A DNA stretch of 64,000 nt from Clostridiales bacterium (GTDB lineage Bacteria > Bacillota > Desulfotomaculia > Desulfotomaculales > VENG01): contig JAIPEW010000015.1 of NCBI GenBank assembly GCA_021736985.1, forward strand, positions 1,764 to 65,763. Direction: 5' to 3'. Numbering within the stretch: position 1 is the first letter of the stretch; each line of letters begins with the position of its first letter. Below, piece by piece: positions 18,344 to 29,297 of the stretch. The notes under the pieces were generated by a model. That model saw nothing but the letters and a program-made list of their open reading frames with translations. It made no database searches and was not told where the DNA came from. Both the position numbers and the translations under genes were made by a program.

Positions 18344-18607
18344 TTATCCCCTGCTGGATTGTGATTCCTTGTTAATCAAACGCTGGGCAACAGTTTCCGG
18401 TTGAACAGCAGAAAGCAAAACATGATCACTGTCAGTAATTATTACTGCCCTGGTTCTTCTTCCATACGTAGCATCAATCAGCATTCCCCTATCCCGGGCT
18501 TCAGTAATAATCCTTTTTATGGGAGCTGATTCCGGACTTACAATTGCAATAATTCGGTTTGCAGAAACAATATTGCCAAACCCGATATTAATAAGCTTAA
18601 TTTCCAT
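18344..18607 (-). CDS. remA: RemA/YlzA (DUF370) DNA-binding regulator
   Basis: Near-colinear match to recalled B. subtilis RemA ([46 protein letters not shown]). Confidence 0.92.
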   Translation of the reverse strand: MEIKLINIGFGNIVSANRIIAIVSPESAPIKRIITEARDRGMLIDATYGRRTRAVIITDSDHVLLSAVQPETVAQRLINKESQSSRG

Positions 18608-18631
18608 GTATTATCCTCCTTATATACTTCC

Positions 18632-19510
18632 CTATTCAACATTTTGAATTTGCTCGCGTATTTTTTCCAGCTCGCTCTTAACTTCTACTACTAGCTTGCC
18701 TATGACAGCGTCATTTGCCTTGGATGCAATTGTATTTATTTCTCTATTTACTTCCTGTGCCAGGAAGTCCATTTTACGCCCTACAGGTTCATTTGATTTA
18801 ATGCACTCAAACATCTGGTTAAAATGGCTGTCTAACCTGACCGTTTCTTCAGTAATATTTGAGCGCTCGGCAAAAATAACAACCTCGCTGTATAACCGGT
18901 CCTCATCAAAGTTGCTGCTGTCGCTCCATTCCTGCAGGCGATTTTGCATACGCCCATGGTATTCCTCAATAACTTGCGGAGCACGCTGTTCAATCTCTTT
19001 ATTGTAAGAATATATGTTGTTAATACGATCAATTAAATCTTGATACAGCTTTTCGCCTTCCACTTCTCTCATTTTTACTAAATCACTTAAGGCTTGACTG
19101 AGAGCCTGTTCGACAAATACCCACCACTCTTCCACATCTTCATTAAGCTCCTCGGCAACCAGTACGCCAGGAAAATTAATAATATCCTGTATAGAAGGCA
19201 TTTCCGTTAGCTGCAAACTATCCTTCAGCTCTTTCATTGCTTTATAATAAGATTCAGCCAGTGTTTTGTCAACTTTTACTGTTACCGGTCTTTCTTCATA
19301 ATCTTCAACAGTAAAAAAACCTTCCACCCTGCCCCGGGATATATAATCTTTGGAAAGACGTTTACACCTCTCTTCTAGAAAATTCATAGACTTGGGTAAT
19401 TTAAAAAACAATTCACAAAACCTGTGATTAACGGATTTTAATTCAACTGTAAACTTCTTACCCAGCCCAAAGGATTCTCCCCGGCCAAAACCTGTCATAC
19501 TCTTGATCAA
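18632..19510 (-). CDS. YicC/YloC-family stress-induced endoribonuclease
   Basis: N-terminus MIKSMTGFGRG, C-terminus EV.REINTI.SKAND....EQIQNVE, typical of the YicC family. Confidence 0.9.
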   Translation of the reverse strand: MIKSMTGFGRGESFGLGKKFTVELKSVNHRFCELFFKLPKSMNFLEERCKRLSKDYISRGRVEGFFTVEDYEERPVTVKVDKTLAESYYKAMKELKDSLQLTEMPSIQDIINFPGVLVAEELNEDVEEWWVFVEQALSQALSDLVKMREVEGEKLYQDLIDRINNIYSYNKEIEQRAPQVIEEYHGRMQNRLQEWSDSSNFDEDRLYSEVVIFAERSNITEETVRLDSHFNQMFECIKSNEPVGRKMDFLAQEVNREINTIASKANDAVIGKLVVEVKSELEKIREQIQNVE

Positions 19511-19708
19511 TTATTATCACCTTTTCTAGAACTATTTCAAATGCTGCAGGCATACGTATATTAAACACCTATTGCTATTAAAAGTGATTCTACTTTAAAT
19601 TAAAATATCCTTTGAAAAATAAAGTAAACTTTAGTATAAGTAAAAATATTTAAAAAAACTCACATCTACTCTTATATTTAGACTATATGGTGAAACATTA
19701 CCTGTCAA

Positions 19709-19738
19709 GAAAAAAAGCCCCTTCACAGGGCTTTTTTG
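19709..19738 (-). terminator. intrinsic terminator downstream of the aminotransferase gene (bidirectional A/T tracts)
   Basis: AAAAAAAGCCC-cttcaca-GGGCTTTTTT. Confidence 0.6.
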
Positions 19739-19747
19739 AGATATTTA

Positions 19748-20941
19748 TCATTGCAATTTATCAAGAAGTCTTCTTAACCTGTTTAACCCTTCTTCAATGC
19801 TGTTCATTGAGGTAGCATATGAAAGCCTGAAGCATTCATTTTCTCCAAAAGCAATCCCAGGTACCATGGCAACCTGTATTTCGTCAAGTGCCAGGGAAGC
19901 AAAGTCCGAGGCATTTTGTATTGTCTTATCATTAAATGATTTTCCAATTAAATCTTTTATGTTTGGGAAAACATAAAATGCACCGCCAGGAATATTGCAA
20001 GATATACCGGGCATTGATTTAAGAGACTCTACCATGTATTTCCTGCGTTCTGCAAACTGCTCGAGCATATTTTCAAGAGGAGCTTGAGAACCAGTTATTG
20101 CAGCCCGGGCCCCTGCCTGAGCAATTGAAGTTGGATTAGAAGTAGAATGGCTCTGCAAGTTAGCCATTGACCTGGCTACATTATGCGGTGCTGCAGTATA
20201 CCCAATCCGCCAACCAGTCATTGAATAAGACTTAGACATTCCATTTATTACAACAGTACAATCCTTAACCTGTGTATCCAAAGCCGCAATACTTATATGT
20301 TCTTGACCGTCGTAAACCAGCTTTTCATATATTTCATCAGATATGATATAAACATTATTTTTTACTAGTACTTCAGCCAGGGCTGATAATTCATCCCTGG
20401 TATAAACCGCTCCGGTTGGATTGCCGGGGCTGTTCAATATTATTAATCGCGTTTTGCTAGTTATTGCCTGCTGCAATTCTTCGGGAGTAACTTTAAAACC
20501 ATTTTCTTCCCTGGTTTTGATTGCTACCGGGGTAGCTCCCGCCAATTTTATTTGCTCGAGATAACTAACCCAGTAAGGAGCAGGAAGAAGAACTTCGTCC
20601 CCTTGCTGACATAATATCATAAAAGCATTATAAAGAGAGTGTTTTGCCCCGCAAGATACCACAATCTGATCCGACTCATAATCCAAACCGTTGTCCATGG
20701 AAAATTTCTCTATAATAGCTTTTTTTAAGGACGGTATTCCTGCAACCGGTGTATATTTTGTAGCTCCTTCTTTTAGAGCCTCTACCGCAGCCTTTTTAAT
20801 ATGTTCAGGCGTATCAAAGTCAGGCTCACCGGCACCAAAATTTATTACTTTTTTACCATCTGCTATCATTTGTTTCGCTTTAGCGTCAATTGCCAGTGTA
20901 GGCGAAGCGCTTATATTTTGCGCTCGCTGACTTATTTCCAT
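19748..20941 (-). CDS. class I PLP aminotransferase, aspartate aminotransferase-like
   Basis: Contains NPGNPTGAVY and SKSYSMTGWRIGY (PLP lysine) motifs. Exact substrate cannot be determined from the sequence. Confidence 0.8.
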   Translation of the reverse strand: MEISQRAQNISASPTLAIDAKAKQMIADGKKVINFGAGEPDFDTPEHIKKAAVEALKEGATKYTPVAGIPSLKKAIIEKFSMDNGLDYESDQIVVSCGAKHSLYNAFMILCQQGDEVLLPAPYWVSYLEQIKLAGATPVAIKTREENGFKVTPEELQQAITSKTRLIILNSPGNPTGAVYTRDELSALAEVLVKNNVYIISDEIYEKLVYDGQEHISIAALDTQVKDCTVVINGMSKSYSMTGWRIGYTAAPHNVARSMANLQSHSTSNPTSIAQAGARAAITGSQAPLENMLEQFAERRKYMVESLKSMPGISCNIPGGAFYVFPNIKDLIGKSFNDKTIQNASDFASLALDEIQVAMVPGIAFGENECFRLSYATSMNSIEEGLNRLRRLLDKLQ

Positions 20942-20955
20942 TACATTAACTCCTC

Positions 20956-22140
20956 CTAAAATTTAACAGCTCCAAGATTGTCCTTTATTCTCTGCATAGC
21001 CTCTTGTATACGCTCCTTAGAAACAGTCAGTGCTACCCTGAAATATCCCTGTCCCTGGACACCATACCCGGTACCGGGAGTAACTACGACTCCTGCTTTA
21101 TCCAGAACAGCCTCCATAAAGGACTCAGATGTATACCCGCTCGGTACAGGAACCCAGACATAAAAGGTAGACTTAGGTTTTTCCAAATTCCATCCCATAT
21201 CATTAAGTCCCTCAATTAAAACATCACGGCGTTCCTGGTATACATTACACATTTCTTTAACAAAATCATCAGTACCGTCAAGGCCCTTCATAGCAGCAAA
21301 TTGTACTGCTTCAAACTGCCCGGAATCCAAATTTGACTTTAAACGGCCCAGAGTACCTACTACATCCGGGTTACCTACAGCCCAACCTATACGCCATCCT
21401 GTCATGTTAAAAGTTTTAGAAACAGAGTGAAACTCAATGCCAACATCTTTCGCCCCAGGAATCTCTAAAAAACTCAACGGCTTGTACCCGTCAAAAGCAA
21501 TTTCAGAATAAGCTGCATCATGACAAACAAGTATATTATATTCTTTAGCAAAAGCAACCAGTTCTTTATAAAACTCCTCTGTAGCCACTGCCCCCGTTGG
21601 ATTATTGGGATAGTTTAAAAAGATCATTTTAGCCTTTTTAGCAACATCTGCAGGAATAGCATTAAGCTCCGGCAAGAAATCGTTTTCGGCTTTTAAAGGA
21701 ATATAGTAAGGCTCTGCTCCGGCCAGTATGGAACCACCGGAATAAACCGGGTAAGCAGGATCCGGTACAAGCACCGTATCACCGGGATTCAAATAACACC
21801 AGGATATGTGTGCAATCCCCTCTTTAGAACCAACTAAAGATACTACTTCCGATTGGGGATCTAAATCAACTCCAAAACGCCTTTTATACCAGTCAGCTAC
21901 TGATTTACGGTATTCAATCATTCCTACGGAAGAGGGATACCGGTGATTACCACCTTTTTCAGCTTCTTTCTTAAGTTCATCAATAATATAATCCGGTGTA
22001 GGCAAGTCGGGATCGCCTATTCCAAGGCTGATAATATCAACTCCAGCCTCTCGTTTCTCATCCAAAAGCTTCTCAATGCGTGCAAAAAGATAAGCAGGGA
22101 GATTTTTTACCCTTGTTGCTTCTTCAAACTGTAAAGTCAA
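20956..22140 (-). CDS. dapL: LL-diaminopimelate aminotransferase-like PLP enzyme
   Basis: N-terminus ([10 protein letters not shown]....K......[16 protein letters not shown]) and [15 protein letters not shown] resemble the DapL family. Lies adjacent to dapF. Confidence 0.7.
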   Translation of the reverse strand: MTLQFEEATRVKNLPAYLFARIEKLLDEKREAGVDIISLGIGDPDLPTPDYIIDELKKEAEKGGNHRYPSSVGMIEYRKSVADWYKRRFGVDLDPQSEVVSLVGSKEGIAHISWCYLNPGDTVLVPDPAYPVYSGGSILAGAEPYYIPLKAENDFLPELNAIPADVAKKAKMIFLNYPNNPTGAVATEEFYKELVAFAKEYNILVCHDAAYSEIAFDGYKPLSFLEIPGAKDVGIEFHSVSKTFNMTGWRIGWAVGNPDVVGTLGRLKSNLDSGQFEAVQFAAMKGLDGTDDFVKEMCNVYQERRDVLIEGLNDMGWNLEKPKSTFYVWVPVPSGYTSESFMEAVLDKAGVVVTPGTGYGVQGQGYFRVALTVSKERIQEAMQRIKDNLGAVKF

Positions 22141-22179
22141 ATTTAATACCTCCTTATTGATAGGACATTTAAGATTTAT

Positions 22180-23022
22180 TTATTTTAAAAAATACTCACC
22201 ACTAAATACTTCTACAGCCGGGCCGGTCATGTAAACATTATTATCATTTTCCGACCAATTTATGTCCAGTGAGCCTCCCGGCAGGTGAACAGAAACTTTC
22301 CTGTTCGTATACCCGCAAAGATTAGCTGCCACTGCCGAGGCGCAAGCCCCTGTTCCACATGCTAAAGTAGGACCTGCCCCCCTCTCCCAGACACGCACCT
22401 GTATTTCTGACCTGCTTAGTACTTGAACGAATTCTGCATTAATTTTAGCAGGAAAAACTTCATGGTTTTCTATCCCTGGGCCCTGTTGATCAAGAGAGAT
22501 TTCTTCAACAACAGGGACAAATATTACCCCGTGAGGGTTTCCCATGGAAACACATGTAATATTAAATTCATGATCATCAACTTTTAATTTTTCGTCTACA
22601 ACTTTACCCGGGGGCCCGTTCATAGGAATATTCTCCCTGTCTAATTTAGGTTCCCCCATCTTAACTTTTACAGCATAAACTTCATCCTTATCATTAACTA
22701 TAACTTCAGGTACTATAATACCTGCCCCGGTTTCAACATTAATTTTTTTCTTATTTACAATTCCATTTTCATAAACATATTTACCCACACACCGAATAGC
22801 ATTGCCGCACATTTCTGCTTCGCTGCCATCCGAATTAATAATTTGCATACGAATGTCGGCAATATTACTGTGTTTTATAAGAACCAGGCCATCTGCACCT
22901 ATACCAAAATTGCGATTACATATCTTTTGGGCAAGCGGTGCTAGTTCACCAGGAAGTTTCTCGTTCCCGGCATCAATTAGTACAAAATCATTTCCCAACC
23001 CCTGAACTTTTTTAAAATGCAA
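22180..23022 (-). CDS. dapF: diaminopimelate epimerase
   Basis: [10 protein letters not shown] and both catalytic Cys motifs ([16 protein letters not shown]). Start moved to a TTG 6-7 nt after GAGGGTGA. Confidence 0.92.
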   Translation of the reverse strand: MHFKKVQGLGNDFVLIDAGNEKLPGELAPLAQKICNRNFGIGADGLVLIKHSNIADIRMQIINSDGSEAEMCGNAIRCVGKYVYENGIVNKKKINVETGAGIIVPEVIVNDKDEVYAVKVKMGEPKLDRENIPMNGPPGKVVDEKLKVDDHEFNITCVSMGNPHGVIFVPVVEEISLDQQGPGIENHEVFPAKINAEFVQVLSRSEIQVRVWERGAGPTLACGTGACASAVAANLCGYTNRKVSVHLPGGSLDINWSENDNNVYMTGPAVEVFSGEYFLK

Positions 23023-23132
23023 CAAAATCACCCTCGATGAAAAAAATAAGAACAATAAAATAATATATTAATACTTCTATAAAAAAACAAGTTTCCTTCT
23101 AAAATTAATAAAGTTTATTGCATTTTTTTTGT

Positions 23133-25880
23133 TTATATCTTTAAATAAGCTATTTTTTCTCGTATCAGTAAGCGTAAATGTCTAAACGCAATCCCTAAAA
23201 CAACAGGGGCAGTAGAGAATAATAAAATAACCAGCCAGTGGTATGATTTCAATGGAACAGTATGAAAAATGGGCTGCAATATAGGAATATAAGTAACTGC
23301 AAGCTGCAATCCTACAGATATAGCTACTGCCAGCAAAAGGTATTTATTTTTAAATATCCCCACTTCTAATAATGATTGATGTTCAGATCTGCACGCAAAT
23401 ACAAAAAACAATTGAAAAAATACAAGTGTATTAAACGCTACTGTTCTAGCCATATCCAATTCCAGGCCGCTGTTTAAATAAGTTAAGAAGAAAATTACCA
23501 GTGTACCTACGGCAAAAACAACCCCAGTCCCCATTATTCTCCAACCTAACCCGTGGCTGAAAACACCTTCATCCGGTTCCCTGGGCTGCCTGGACATTAC
23601 ATTTTTTTCTATTGGTTCAATTCCCAGGGCCATGGCAGGCAAGCCATCAGTCACCAGGTTCATCCACAGTATCTGCAGCGGCAAAAGCGGGAGTGGTAAT
23701 CCTGACAAAACAGCCAGAAACATCACTAAAACTTCGCCCACATTACATGACAAAAGATAACGAATAAACTTTCTTATATTGTCATATATACCCCTTCCCT
23801 CTTCAACTGCTCCTACTATAGTTTTAAAGTTATCATCAGCCAGAATCATGGCAGATGATTCTTTCGTAACATCAGTACCTGTAGTACCCATTGAGATCCC
23901 TATATCAGCTTCTTTTACTGCCGGGGCATCATTCACACCATCACCAGTCATGGCTACAATATGCCCATTAGACTTTAGTGCCCGTACAATTCTCAATTTG
24001 TGTTTTGGAGAGACCCTGGCATATACAGCACCGCTGTTTACAGCTTTCTGCAGCTGCTTATCATCCATATTATCCAGTTCTGAACCGGTAAAAACCTGGT
24101 CACTGCTCTTTTCCATGATACCAATTTCTTTTGACACTGCCCTGGCAGTATCCCGGTGGTCTCCCGTAATCATTATTGTCTTTATCCCGGCTTTTTTACA
24201 TGTCGATACTGCTTGTACAGCAGCAGGACGCGGAGGATCCATTATTCCTGCCAGGCCGACAAAGACCAGTGATGATTCTACCTGGTTTTCATCTAAATAA
24301 TCTTCCTGCGCAGAATGCTCCCGGTAAGCAAGACCTAAAACTCGCAGTGCATTACCGGCCATTTCGTTATTACTCTGCAATATTCTTTCTTTTACATCTC
24401 CAGTCAGCGGTATAATTTTACCCTCTTTAAGATAATGAGTACACAGGTTAAGAATAACGTCAGGCGCTCCCTTTGTATAGGAATAGTACTTTCCACTTTT
24501 ATGATAATATACTGCAGTCATGCGTTTTCGTTCGGACTCAAAAGGAATTTCTTTAACACGTGTATACTCACCTTCCAAATGACCTTTCCAGTAACCAGCT
24601 TTTGCTGCCATAACCATAAGGGCTCCCTCGGTAGGATCGCCGGATATATTCCATATACTTTCCTTTTTATTAATAAGCTTTCTAAAAAAACCTCCTACCG
24701 CGATATTTCCCCTGTATAAAGTTGCATTATTGCACAGTGAAGCGATGCTCATAAACATCTTAAAATCATTGTCTTTTTCACCATGCATATTGAATTCACC
24801 ATGCGGCTCATACCCTTCTCCAGTCACGTGAACTTGTTTACCTGCAATTAAAGCTTTTCTAACTGTCATCTCGTTCTGAGTAAGAGTACCTGTTTTATCT
24901 GAGCAAATTGCAGTCGCACAGCCAAGAGTTTCCACGGCAGGCAGCTTTCTTACTACAGCATTTCTTTTAATCATACGCTGTACGCCCAGGGCCAGGGAAA
25001 CAGTAACAATTGCCGGCAGCCCTTCAGGAATAGCAGCTACAGCCAGGCTTATACCAGCCAAAAACATCTGGTAAACTGGAATCCCCCGAAAAACACCGAC
25101 TAATACTACTAATATGCAAATTAATAAACAGAAACTGACCAGCCATGTACCCAACTGAGTTAACCGGCGCTGCAGCGGTGTTTGCACCGTTTCAGCTTCT
25201 TGAATCAAACCTGCTATTTGCCCCATTTCTGTGGCCATACCGGTAGACACTACAACTCCTTTGCCTCTTCCCCGGGTAATTACAGTACCCATGTAGCACA
25301 TATTATAAATGTCTCCCAGGCTTGTCTCACTTTCTATATTTCCTTCCTGCTTTTTTACGGGGTTTGATTCTCCGGTTAATGCCGATTCCTCTACCTGTAA
25401 ATTAAAAGATTCTACTAACCTCACATCTGCAGGCACTTTGTCCCCTGCTCCTAAAAAAACAATATCCCCTGGGACAAGCTTCTCAGCGGAAACTTTTCTT
25501 TCTGTACCATTACGTATAACTCTTGCTTCCGGCGCAGTTAACTGCTTTAATGCTTCCATGGAACGTTCAGCCTTGTATTCTTGGACCATCCCCAGGATAC
25601 CATTGATAACTACTATAATCATTATCGTTACTGCATCAGATATCTCGCCCAGGAAAACACTAATTAAAGTAGCTGCAAGAAGTACAATAACCATAAAATC
25701 CTTGAATTGATTTACAAATATCTGCCATAAAGGAACACCCGGTGAATGTGCTATTTCATTTGGGCCAAAACTTTTTTTCCTTTCCTCCGCATCTTTATCA
25801 CTCAGACCTTTTTGCAGGTTAGTACTTAATTTTTTTAATAAATGATTTAAATCATACTGGTACCAGTGTCCAGCCAACAA
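23133..25880 (-). CDS. P-type Ca2+-transporting ATPase (YloB-like)
   Basis: Contains DKTGTLT, TGES, MTGDGVNDAP and ten predicted TM segments. Same position as B. subtilis yloB. Confidence 0.93.
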   Translation of the reverse strand: MLAGHWYQYDLNHLLKKLSTNLQKGLSDKDAEERKKSFGPNEIAHSPGVPLWQIFVNQFKDFMVIVLLAATLISVFLGEISDAVTIMIIVVINGILGMVQEYKAERSMEALKQLTAPEARVIRNGTERKVSAEKLVPGDIVFLGAGDKVPADVRLVESFNLQVEESALTGESNPVKKQEGNIESETSLGDIYNMCYMGTVITRGRGKGVVVSTGMATEMGQIAGLIQEAETVQTPLQRRLTQLGTWLVSFCLLICILVVLVGVFRGIPVYQMFLAGISLAVAAIPEGLPAIVTVSLALGVQRMIKRNAVVRKLPAVETLGCATAICSDKTGTLTQNEMTVRKALIAGKQVHVTGEGYEPHGEFNMHGEKDNDFKMFMSIASLCNNATLYRGNIAVGGFFRKLINKKESIWNISGDPTEGALMVMAAKAGYWKGHLEGEYTRVKEIPFESERKRMTAVYYHKSGKYYSYTKGAPDVILNLCTHYLKEGKIIPLTGDVKERILQSNNEMAGNALRVLGLAYREHSAQEDYLDENQVESSLVFVGLAGIMDPPRPAAVQAVSTCKKAGIKTIMITGDHRDTARAVSKEIGIMEKSSDQVFTGSELDNMDDKQLQKAVNSGAVYARVSPKHKLRIVRALKSNGHIVAMTGDGVNDAPAVKEADIGISMGTTGTDVTKESSAMILADDNFKTIVGAVEEGRGIYDNIRKFIRYLLSCNVGEVLVMFLAVLSGLPLPLLPLQILWMNLVTDGLPAMALGIEPIEKNVMSRQPREPDEGVFSHGLGWRIMGTGVVFAVGTLVIFFLTYLNSGLELDMARTVAFNTLVFFQLFFVFACRSEHQSLLEVGIFKNKYLLLAVAISVGLQLAVTYIPILQPIFHTVPLKSYHWLVILLFSTAPVVLGIAFRHLRLLIREKIAYLKI

Positions 25881-25929
25881 TATTACCCCCTTTATTTTCC
25901 AATTTTATTGTAAACATATTCAGCAAAGC

Positions 25930-25957
25930 AAAAAAAAATGCCCCCTTTTGGAGACAT
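25930..25957 (-). terminator. intrinsic terminator after the 72-aa gene
   Basis: Reverse strand reads ATGTCTCC-aaaa-GGGGGCAT followed by T9. Confidence 0.65.
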
Positions 25958-25979
25958 ACTTTTAGAAAATATATAAAAA

Positions 25980-26198
25980 CTACTGCTTTATATATTTTAC
26001 TTTACACCAGGGCAAGCGAACACGCATCCCGGGTTTATAGTATTGTTCACGTGGATCAACCCGGATTATTTTGAAAGTAACCGTAAATTCCCCGGCAGAA
26101 ATAACCCGGGCAAACTTGTAATATGTGTCCCGGGGCCAAAGCTGTACATGAGTACCTACCTGTAATTTTCTTTTTTTCAAGTTTCCCGGCGACGGCAT
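25980..26198 (-). CDS. hypothetical small basic protein (72 aa)
   Basis: RBS GGGGTGA 6 nt before the ATG, with its own terminator. No motif recognised. Confidence 0.55.
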   Translation of the reverse strand: MPSPGNLKKRKLQVGTHVQLWPRDTYYKFARVISAGEFTVTFKIIRVDPREQYYKPGMRVRLPWCKVKYIKQ

Positions 26199-26276
26199 TA
26201 AGCTTCACCCCAACTCATAGTAAATTTAATTATAACTTGTAAATTTCTATAATTACACCCCTTAATAAATTATTTC

Positions 26277-26305
26277 TTGGATGCTTAAAAATTTAATGCT
26301 ATACT
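26277..26305 (+). promoter_or_regulatory. putative sigma-A promoter of rqcH
   Basis: TTGGAT-17 nt-TATACT. Confidence 0.45.
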
Positions 26306-26338
26306 GTTACAAGTATAAAACTAGATGAGGTGGTACTT

Positions 26339-28123
26339 ATGCCTTTTGATGGCTTAATGCTGGCAGCTGTTCGTAGTGAATTAGAAGAAAAACTAACCGG
26401 TGCAAGAATTGAAAAAATTTACCAGCCTGAACAAAATGATATATACTTGCACTTAAGCCGTCCAAGGGAACGGCATCGCCTTGTTATAAGCGCCCATCCA
26501 CGTGATGCCCGGGCGCATATGGCAGTTGAAAAGAGTAAAAATGCACAGCACCCACCTCTTTTCTGCATGGTATTGAGAAAACACCTGGAAGGCGGTATTA
26601 TAAAATCTTTTACTCAACCATCACTGGAAAGAATTCTTAAAATTGATATAAAAGCTAAGGACGAACTGGGCCATTTTGTTAAAAAGATTTTAATATGCGA
26701 ATTTATGGGCAAACACAGCAATATAATACTTCTTGATCCGGAAAACGGCAGTATAATTGACGGTATTAGAAAATATTCACATGCTGTAAGCAGGCACAGG
26801 GAGGTATTGCCGGGGAGGCAGTATATTACTCCTCCCTCTCAAGAAAAATTGTCCTTATTAAACCTGCATGAAACTGCTTTTAGAAATATACTGCTAAATT
26901 CTCCCCTGGACAATAAAGTAGAAAAGGTTATTCAATCACGCCTGGAAGGAATTAGCAGCGTTATGAGCAGAGAAATCGTATACAGGGCGGGCTTACCGGC
27001 CAGCCAAACAGTAAATTATTGCGGTGAACATGAAATGCGCATACTGTGGCAAACACTGGAATTAATCACAGGTAATTTATCCGAAAACAGTTTTAATCCT
27101 ACCTTGATAACTGACAATGAAGATACTCCAGTTGATTTCTCTGCTTTCGACCTTGCTATCTACGAAAACTACGTTAAAAAACACGAGCAAGCCAGCAATA
27201 TACTGGAAAGTTTTTTTAGCAGGCTAAAAAAACAAAGGCTTATTGAAGCAGAAAAACAATCACTTTCTACATTGCTTAATAAGGAAATAAAGCGAGTAAA
27301 AAAGAAAATCAAACTACAACATGATAGCTCTCAAAAAGCTCAAAATGCTGACATGTACCGAATAAAAGGAGAACTTTTGTCTGCAAATTTTTACCAGCTA
27401 AAAAAGGGGCTGTCACAAATAACTGCGGAGGATTTCTACAGTGAAGCAGGGGATAAAATAAGTATTGCACTAAATCCTAACTTAACACCCTCGGAGAATG
27501 TACAAGCATACTTCAAAAAATATACTAAAGCCAGAAACACCCGTACCAAGTCTTTAGAACAAGCCCAAAAAAACCAGCTGGAATTAGATTACCTCCAGGG
27601 AGTGTTAACTGCCCTGGAACAATCAACTGAACTCATAAACTTGCGAGAAATAAGGCAAGAACTAGTTGAGCAGGGATATATAAAAACAGAAAGACACAAT
27701 ATCAAAAAAACAAAAGAAAAACAGCCAGAATCACAGCCTAAACATTTTGTTTCCAGTGACGGGTTCACTATCCTGGTTGGCAGAAATAATAAGCAAAACG
27801 ACAGGCTAACCATGAAAATAGCTACCAGCAAAGACATATGGCTTCACACTAAAGAAATTGCCGGCTCTCACGTAATAATTAAATGCGAAAACGCCCCGGT
27901 TCCTGATCAAACAATATTCCAAGCAGCTGTACTTGCAGCTTATCACAGCCAGGCACGCGACTCACAAAATGTCCCGGTAGATTACACGCAAAGAAAAAAT
28001 GTAAAAAAACCCCGTGGTGTTAAGCCGGGATACGTAATTTATGAACAACAGCAAACAGCCGTAGTTACTCCCAACGAAAAACTAGTAAACTCGCTTATTA
28101 ATAATGACATAAAAATTAATTAA
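26339..28123 (+). CDS. rqcH: ribosome quality-control factor RqcH (FbpA/YloA, NFACT family)
   Basis: N-terminus MPFDGL, NFACT-N/R architecture, C-terminal DIWLHTKEIAGSHVII. ATG at 26339 lies 5 nt after GAGGTGG. Confidence 0.92.
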   Translation: MPFDGLMLAAVRSELEEKLTGARIEKIYQPEQNDIYLHLSRPRERHRLVISAHPRDARAHMAVEKSKNAQHPPLFCMVLRKHLEGGIIKSFTQPSLERILKIDIKAKDELGHFVKKILICEFMGKHSNIILLDPENGSIIDGIRKYSHAVSRHREVLPGRQYITPPSQEKLSLLNLHETAFRNILLNSPLDNKVEKVIQSRLEGISSVMSREIVYRAGLPASQTVNYCGEHEMRILWQTLELITGNLSENSFNPTLITDNEDTPVDFSAFDLAIYENYVKKHEQASNILESFFSRLKKQRLIEAEKQSLSTLLNKEIKRVKKKIKLQHDSSQKAQNADMYRIKGELLSANFYQLKKGLSQITAEDFYSEAGDKISIALNPNLTPSENVQAYFKKYTKARNTRTKSLEQAQKNQLELDYLQGVLTALEQSTELINLREIRQELVEQGYIKTERHNIKKTKEKQPESQPKHFVSSDGFTILVGRNNKQNDRLTMKIATSKDIWLHTKEIAGSHVIIKCENAPVPDQTIFQAAVLAAYHSQARDSQNVPVDYTQRKNVKKPRGVKPGYVIYEQQQTAVVTPNEKLVNSLINNDIKIN

Positions 28124-28227
28124 TACCCTGGTAATTGCCGGCATGGAAACTAATTGAAGTATAATATTATTAAATTAACAAAAAATAATAGGTAGTTGCT
28201 GTCCCACACCCCAAAGGAGGTTGGCTA

Positions 28228-28404
28228 ATGGCTCGAAGAAAAGGTATAATGTCAGAACAGTTAAAATATGAATTAGCCGAAGAATTAGGGGTTGGAGAAG
28301 TAGTGCGCACCGAAGGATTTGGAAACGTTTCCTCCAGGAATTGCGGTAACCTGGTGCGCCTGGCTATCGAAAAAGCCGGAGAATCCACATTAAAGGGACA
28401 GTAA
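28228..28404 (+). CDS. alpha/beta-type small acid-soluble spore protein
   Basis: 58 codons, below the ORF-track cutoff. Product MARRKGIMSEQLKYELAEELGVGEVVRTEGFGNVSSRNCGNLVRLAIEKAGESTLKGQ contains the two conserved SASP blocks (K.E.A.E.G and G...S...G..V). RBS AAAGGAGG at 28213-28220. Confidence 0.9.
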   Translation: MARRKGIMSEQLKYELAEELGVGEVVRTEGFGNVSSRNCGNLVRLAIEKAGESTLKGQ

Positions 28405-28407
28405 CAT

Positions 28408-28444
28408 TAAAAAGAGGAGATGCATAATGCATCTCCTCTTTTAT
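28408..28444. terminator. bidirectional intrinsic terminator between convergent genes
   Basis: AAAAGAGGAGATGCA-taa-TGCATCTCCTCTTTT. Confidence 0.8.
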
Positions 28445-28472
28445 TAAAAGCCGGTACTTAACAAGGTTAGTT

Positions 28473-29153
28473 TTATACCCTCTGCCAGACCCTGATACTG
28501 GGTACATATAAGTAACTGAAAGCTGTTCCCTCTTCAAAATATTTATAGTCAATAACATACCCGGAAGGATCGATACACAACTCCCCTGTACAATCCCACC
28601 TGGAGCAAAAAATCTCGTTATACAATATTACATTTTTAAAATTTGTTTTATTAGTATCCAAAAAATGTATAAACTTATCGATTACTTTAAGTGCACTCTC
28701 CTGGTCACGTGAATAATCCCAGGCACCATACTTTTCTTCAGACATAATGCTGCGCATAAGATAAGGATCATACACCATAACACTATCAAAAAGACCGTAA
28801 TTAATAACATTACTGCTGCAAGTCCATTCTTTTAAATTTACCAGCTTAATTCTTATATGCTTGAGCGTAGACTCCAAGCAATCTTTATCAAGTACGGTAG
28901 CACAGCATGTATCATACCCCAAATAAATATCATGTTGCCTGCAAACGTTTGCTGCACAGGTTCCCAGTATATTATTACGCTTTAAAAGAATATGATTATT
29001 ATAAAGACAAAAACGTTTCTCTTTTATCAAATCCCGTGGAACTTCTTTTAATTGCTTAAAGCACTCATCCAAATAAATTCTTTCCAGCATATCAAAACCA
29101 AAATCACATGCCATTTCTTCATTATTATAATCAATTGCCGCTATGTAATACAA
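28473..29153 (-). CDS. hypothetical Cys/Tyr/Asn-rich protein (orphan)
   Basis: 226-aa ORF. The only in-frame start near the 5' end is a TTG 3 nt after GGGGGGAGG (poor spacing), and the next ATG is 13 codons in. No motif recognised. Confidence 0.5.
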   Translation of the reverse strand: MYYIAAIDYNNEEMACDFGFDMLERIYLDECFKQLKEVPRDLIKEKRFCLYNNHILLKRNNILGTCAANVCRQHDIYLGYDTCCATVLDKDCLESTLKHIRIKLVNLKEWTCSSNVINYGLFDSVMVYDPYLMRSIMSEEKYGAWDYSRDQESALKVIDKFIHFLDTNKTNFKNVILYNEIFCSRWDCTGELCIDPSGYVIDYKYFEEGTAFSYLYVPSIRVWQRV

Positions 29154-29297
29154 ACGTCCTCCCCCCTGTATTACGGTTAATGATACTCTTTTACTGCCGT
29201 AATTACAACGATATATAATGTCATAGTTTGAGAACTTTTATATGTACTTAACGACACTTTTCACATCAACAGTATATTACTCTAAACAATTTGAGCA

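Noticed and set aside
28124-28227. A possible forespore (sigma-G type) promoter upstream of the SASP gene: GCATG, about 17 nt, then AATATTA.
   Set aside because: The -10 element lacks the conserved C of CATnnTA, so the match is too weak to annotate.
28170-28558. Track ORFs 28170-28388 and 28364-28558 on the minus strand.
   Set aside because: They are antisense to, or overlap, the clearly recognisable SASP gene and its terminator.
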